From the NCBI GenBank assembly GCA_951406725.2, contig OX597818.1, forward strand, positions 136,772,001-136,836,000: a stretch of DNA of 64,000 bases, in the 5' to 3' direction. This document shows, in pieces, positions 62,831 to 64,000 of this stretch. Each line of letters opens with the position of its first letter. The stretch's first letter is position 1. The translations under genes and the position numbers were made by a program. The notes beneath the pieces were generated by a model. The model was not told the DNA's origin and ran no database searches. It was given only the letters and a program-made list of their open reading frames with translations. Source of the stretch: Octopus vulgaris (lineage: Eukaryota).

Positions 62831-64000
62831 GTTTCTGTACACGTATAGATAGAGACACACACATACACACACAAATTCAACCAAACAGACATATACTCAG
62901 AGGAACACACATATGCAATCTGACTAAAAAAAATCTGCACACATTTAATATACAACTATATACATGCAGCTATGAACATAATACAAATAAAAACCAATAC
63001 ACATACATATACAACAACATATATATATATACAACAACATATATATATATACAACAACATATATATATACTACAACATATATATACACACACACATATAT
63101 CAGACGTTAAATGATGATGATGATATATATATATATATATATATATAAATATATATGTATGTATGTATGTATGTATACATATTTGCATTCACAAATACAC
63201 ATAGATCTATATTTGTGTTTATAAATGTGTGAGGATCAATCATTGAAACACTGAACAGATGTAATAAGACAAAGATAGGTTAACCCTAGCAAATTCATAA
63301 TTGACTTTGCTAATTAGAATCTCCACAAGCAGAGACTGCAACATGATATAATAGCTAGGACTCTGCTACGGTGCTACAATGTGTGCAGAAGTGAGAATTT
63401 CAACATTTGCCTGGCTGCATATTGAAATGGTAGGTATTGTGTGCAGTGAGAATTGGCTGAATGTTACTATAGCAACAGAAATATTTTAGAATATAGAACA
63501 TATCAAGAGGTTTTGAAACAGAAACAGTTTTTTCCCTAAAAAAAGAAATGTTGACATTTCAAAGGATTTTTCCACTCCGTGTGTCTGTGTGTGTATGTGT
63601 GTGTACACTCGCATGTGTGTGTGTATGCAGACACACACACATATAGGTGCAGGCATGGTTGTGCAGATAAGATGCTCGCTTTGTTTTCATGTTGGTTGAG
63701 GATCAGTCCCACTGTGCAGCACCTTAGGCAAAAGTCTTCAACTATAACTTCTCTCTTCCTCTCCCTCTCTCCTTCTCTTTCTCTCTCTCTCTCTGGCCAA
63801 GTAACCATGAATCTCCTCCATAGCAAGATACCTGTTTCTGCCTCTCTGTCACATTCTAACCCTTCATCAAATAACACAAGATCACCTCCTCCAATGCACC
63901 CTCCCCTCTCAAAATTCCTTGTCATGCAAGTTACTTGGTGACCCTGCTAATGCTGGTGCGACTATCTATCTATTATCCAGTTATCTATCTATCTATCTAT

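Noticed and set aside
62436-63114. Poly-I/L/N ORFs resembling membrane proteins
   Set aside because: Trinucleotide microsatellite

Overview
AT-rich, microsatellite-dense animal genomic DNA, most consistent with an octopus (coleoid cephalopod) intronic or intergenic region. This assignment comes from recognising the repeat families and was not checked by a database search. Almost all listed ORFs are artefacts of SINEs or microsatellites. The window is dominated by transposable elements: several tRNA-derived SINE families, RTE 3' tails (one amplified into a 3-kb higher-order array), R4/Dong, L1/Tx1, RTE, CR1-like and Penelope LINE relics, a mariner fragment, piggyBac- and hAT-type MITEs, Helitrons and a solo LTR. 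The most notable object is at 41.33-41.75 kb: a 363-bp unit bounded by 33-bp direct repeats that carries a minimal type I hammerhead ribozyme inside a long rod-like fold, with a Penelope-style insertion signature. It is a candidate retrozyme (circular-RNA-derived element). Other highlights are two phase-compatible minus-strand candidate exons whose product resembles a hAT dimerisation domain, a microhomology-templated inverted insertion at a hairpin, a 192-bp foldback and a (TAA)n-targeted retroelement hotspot. Family labels A-G are my own working names.
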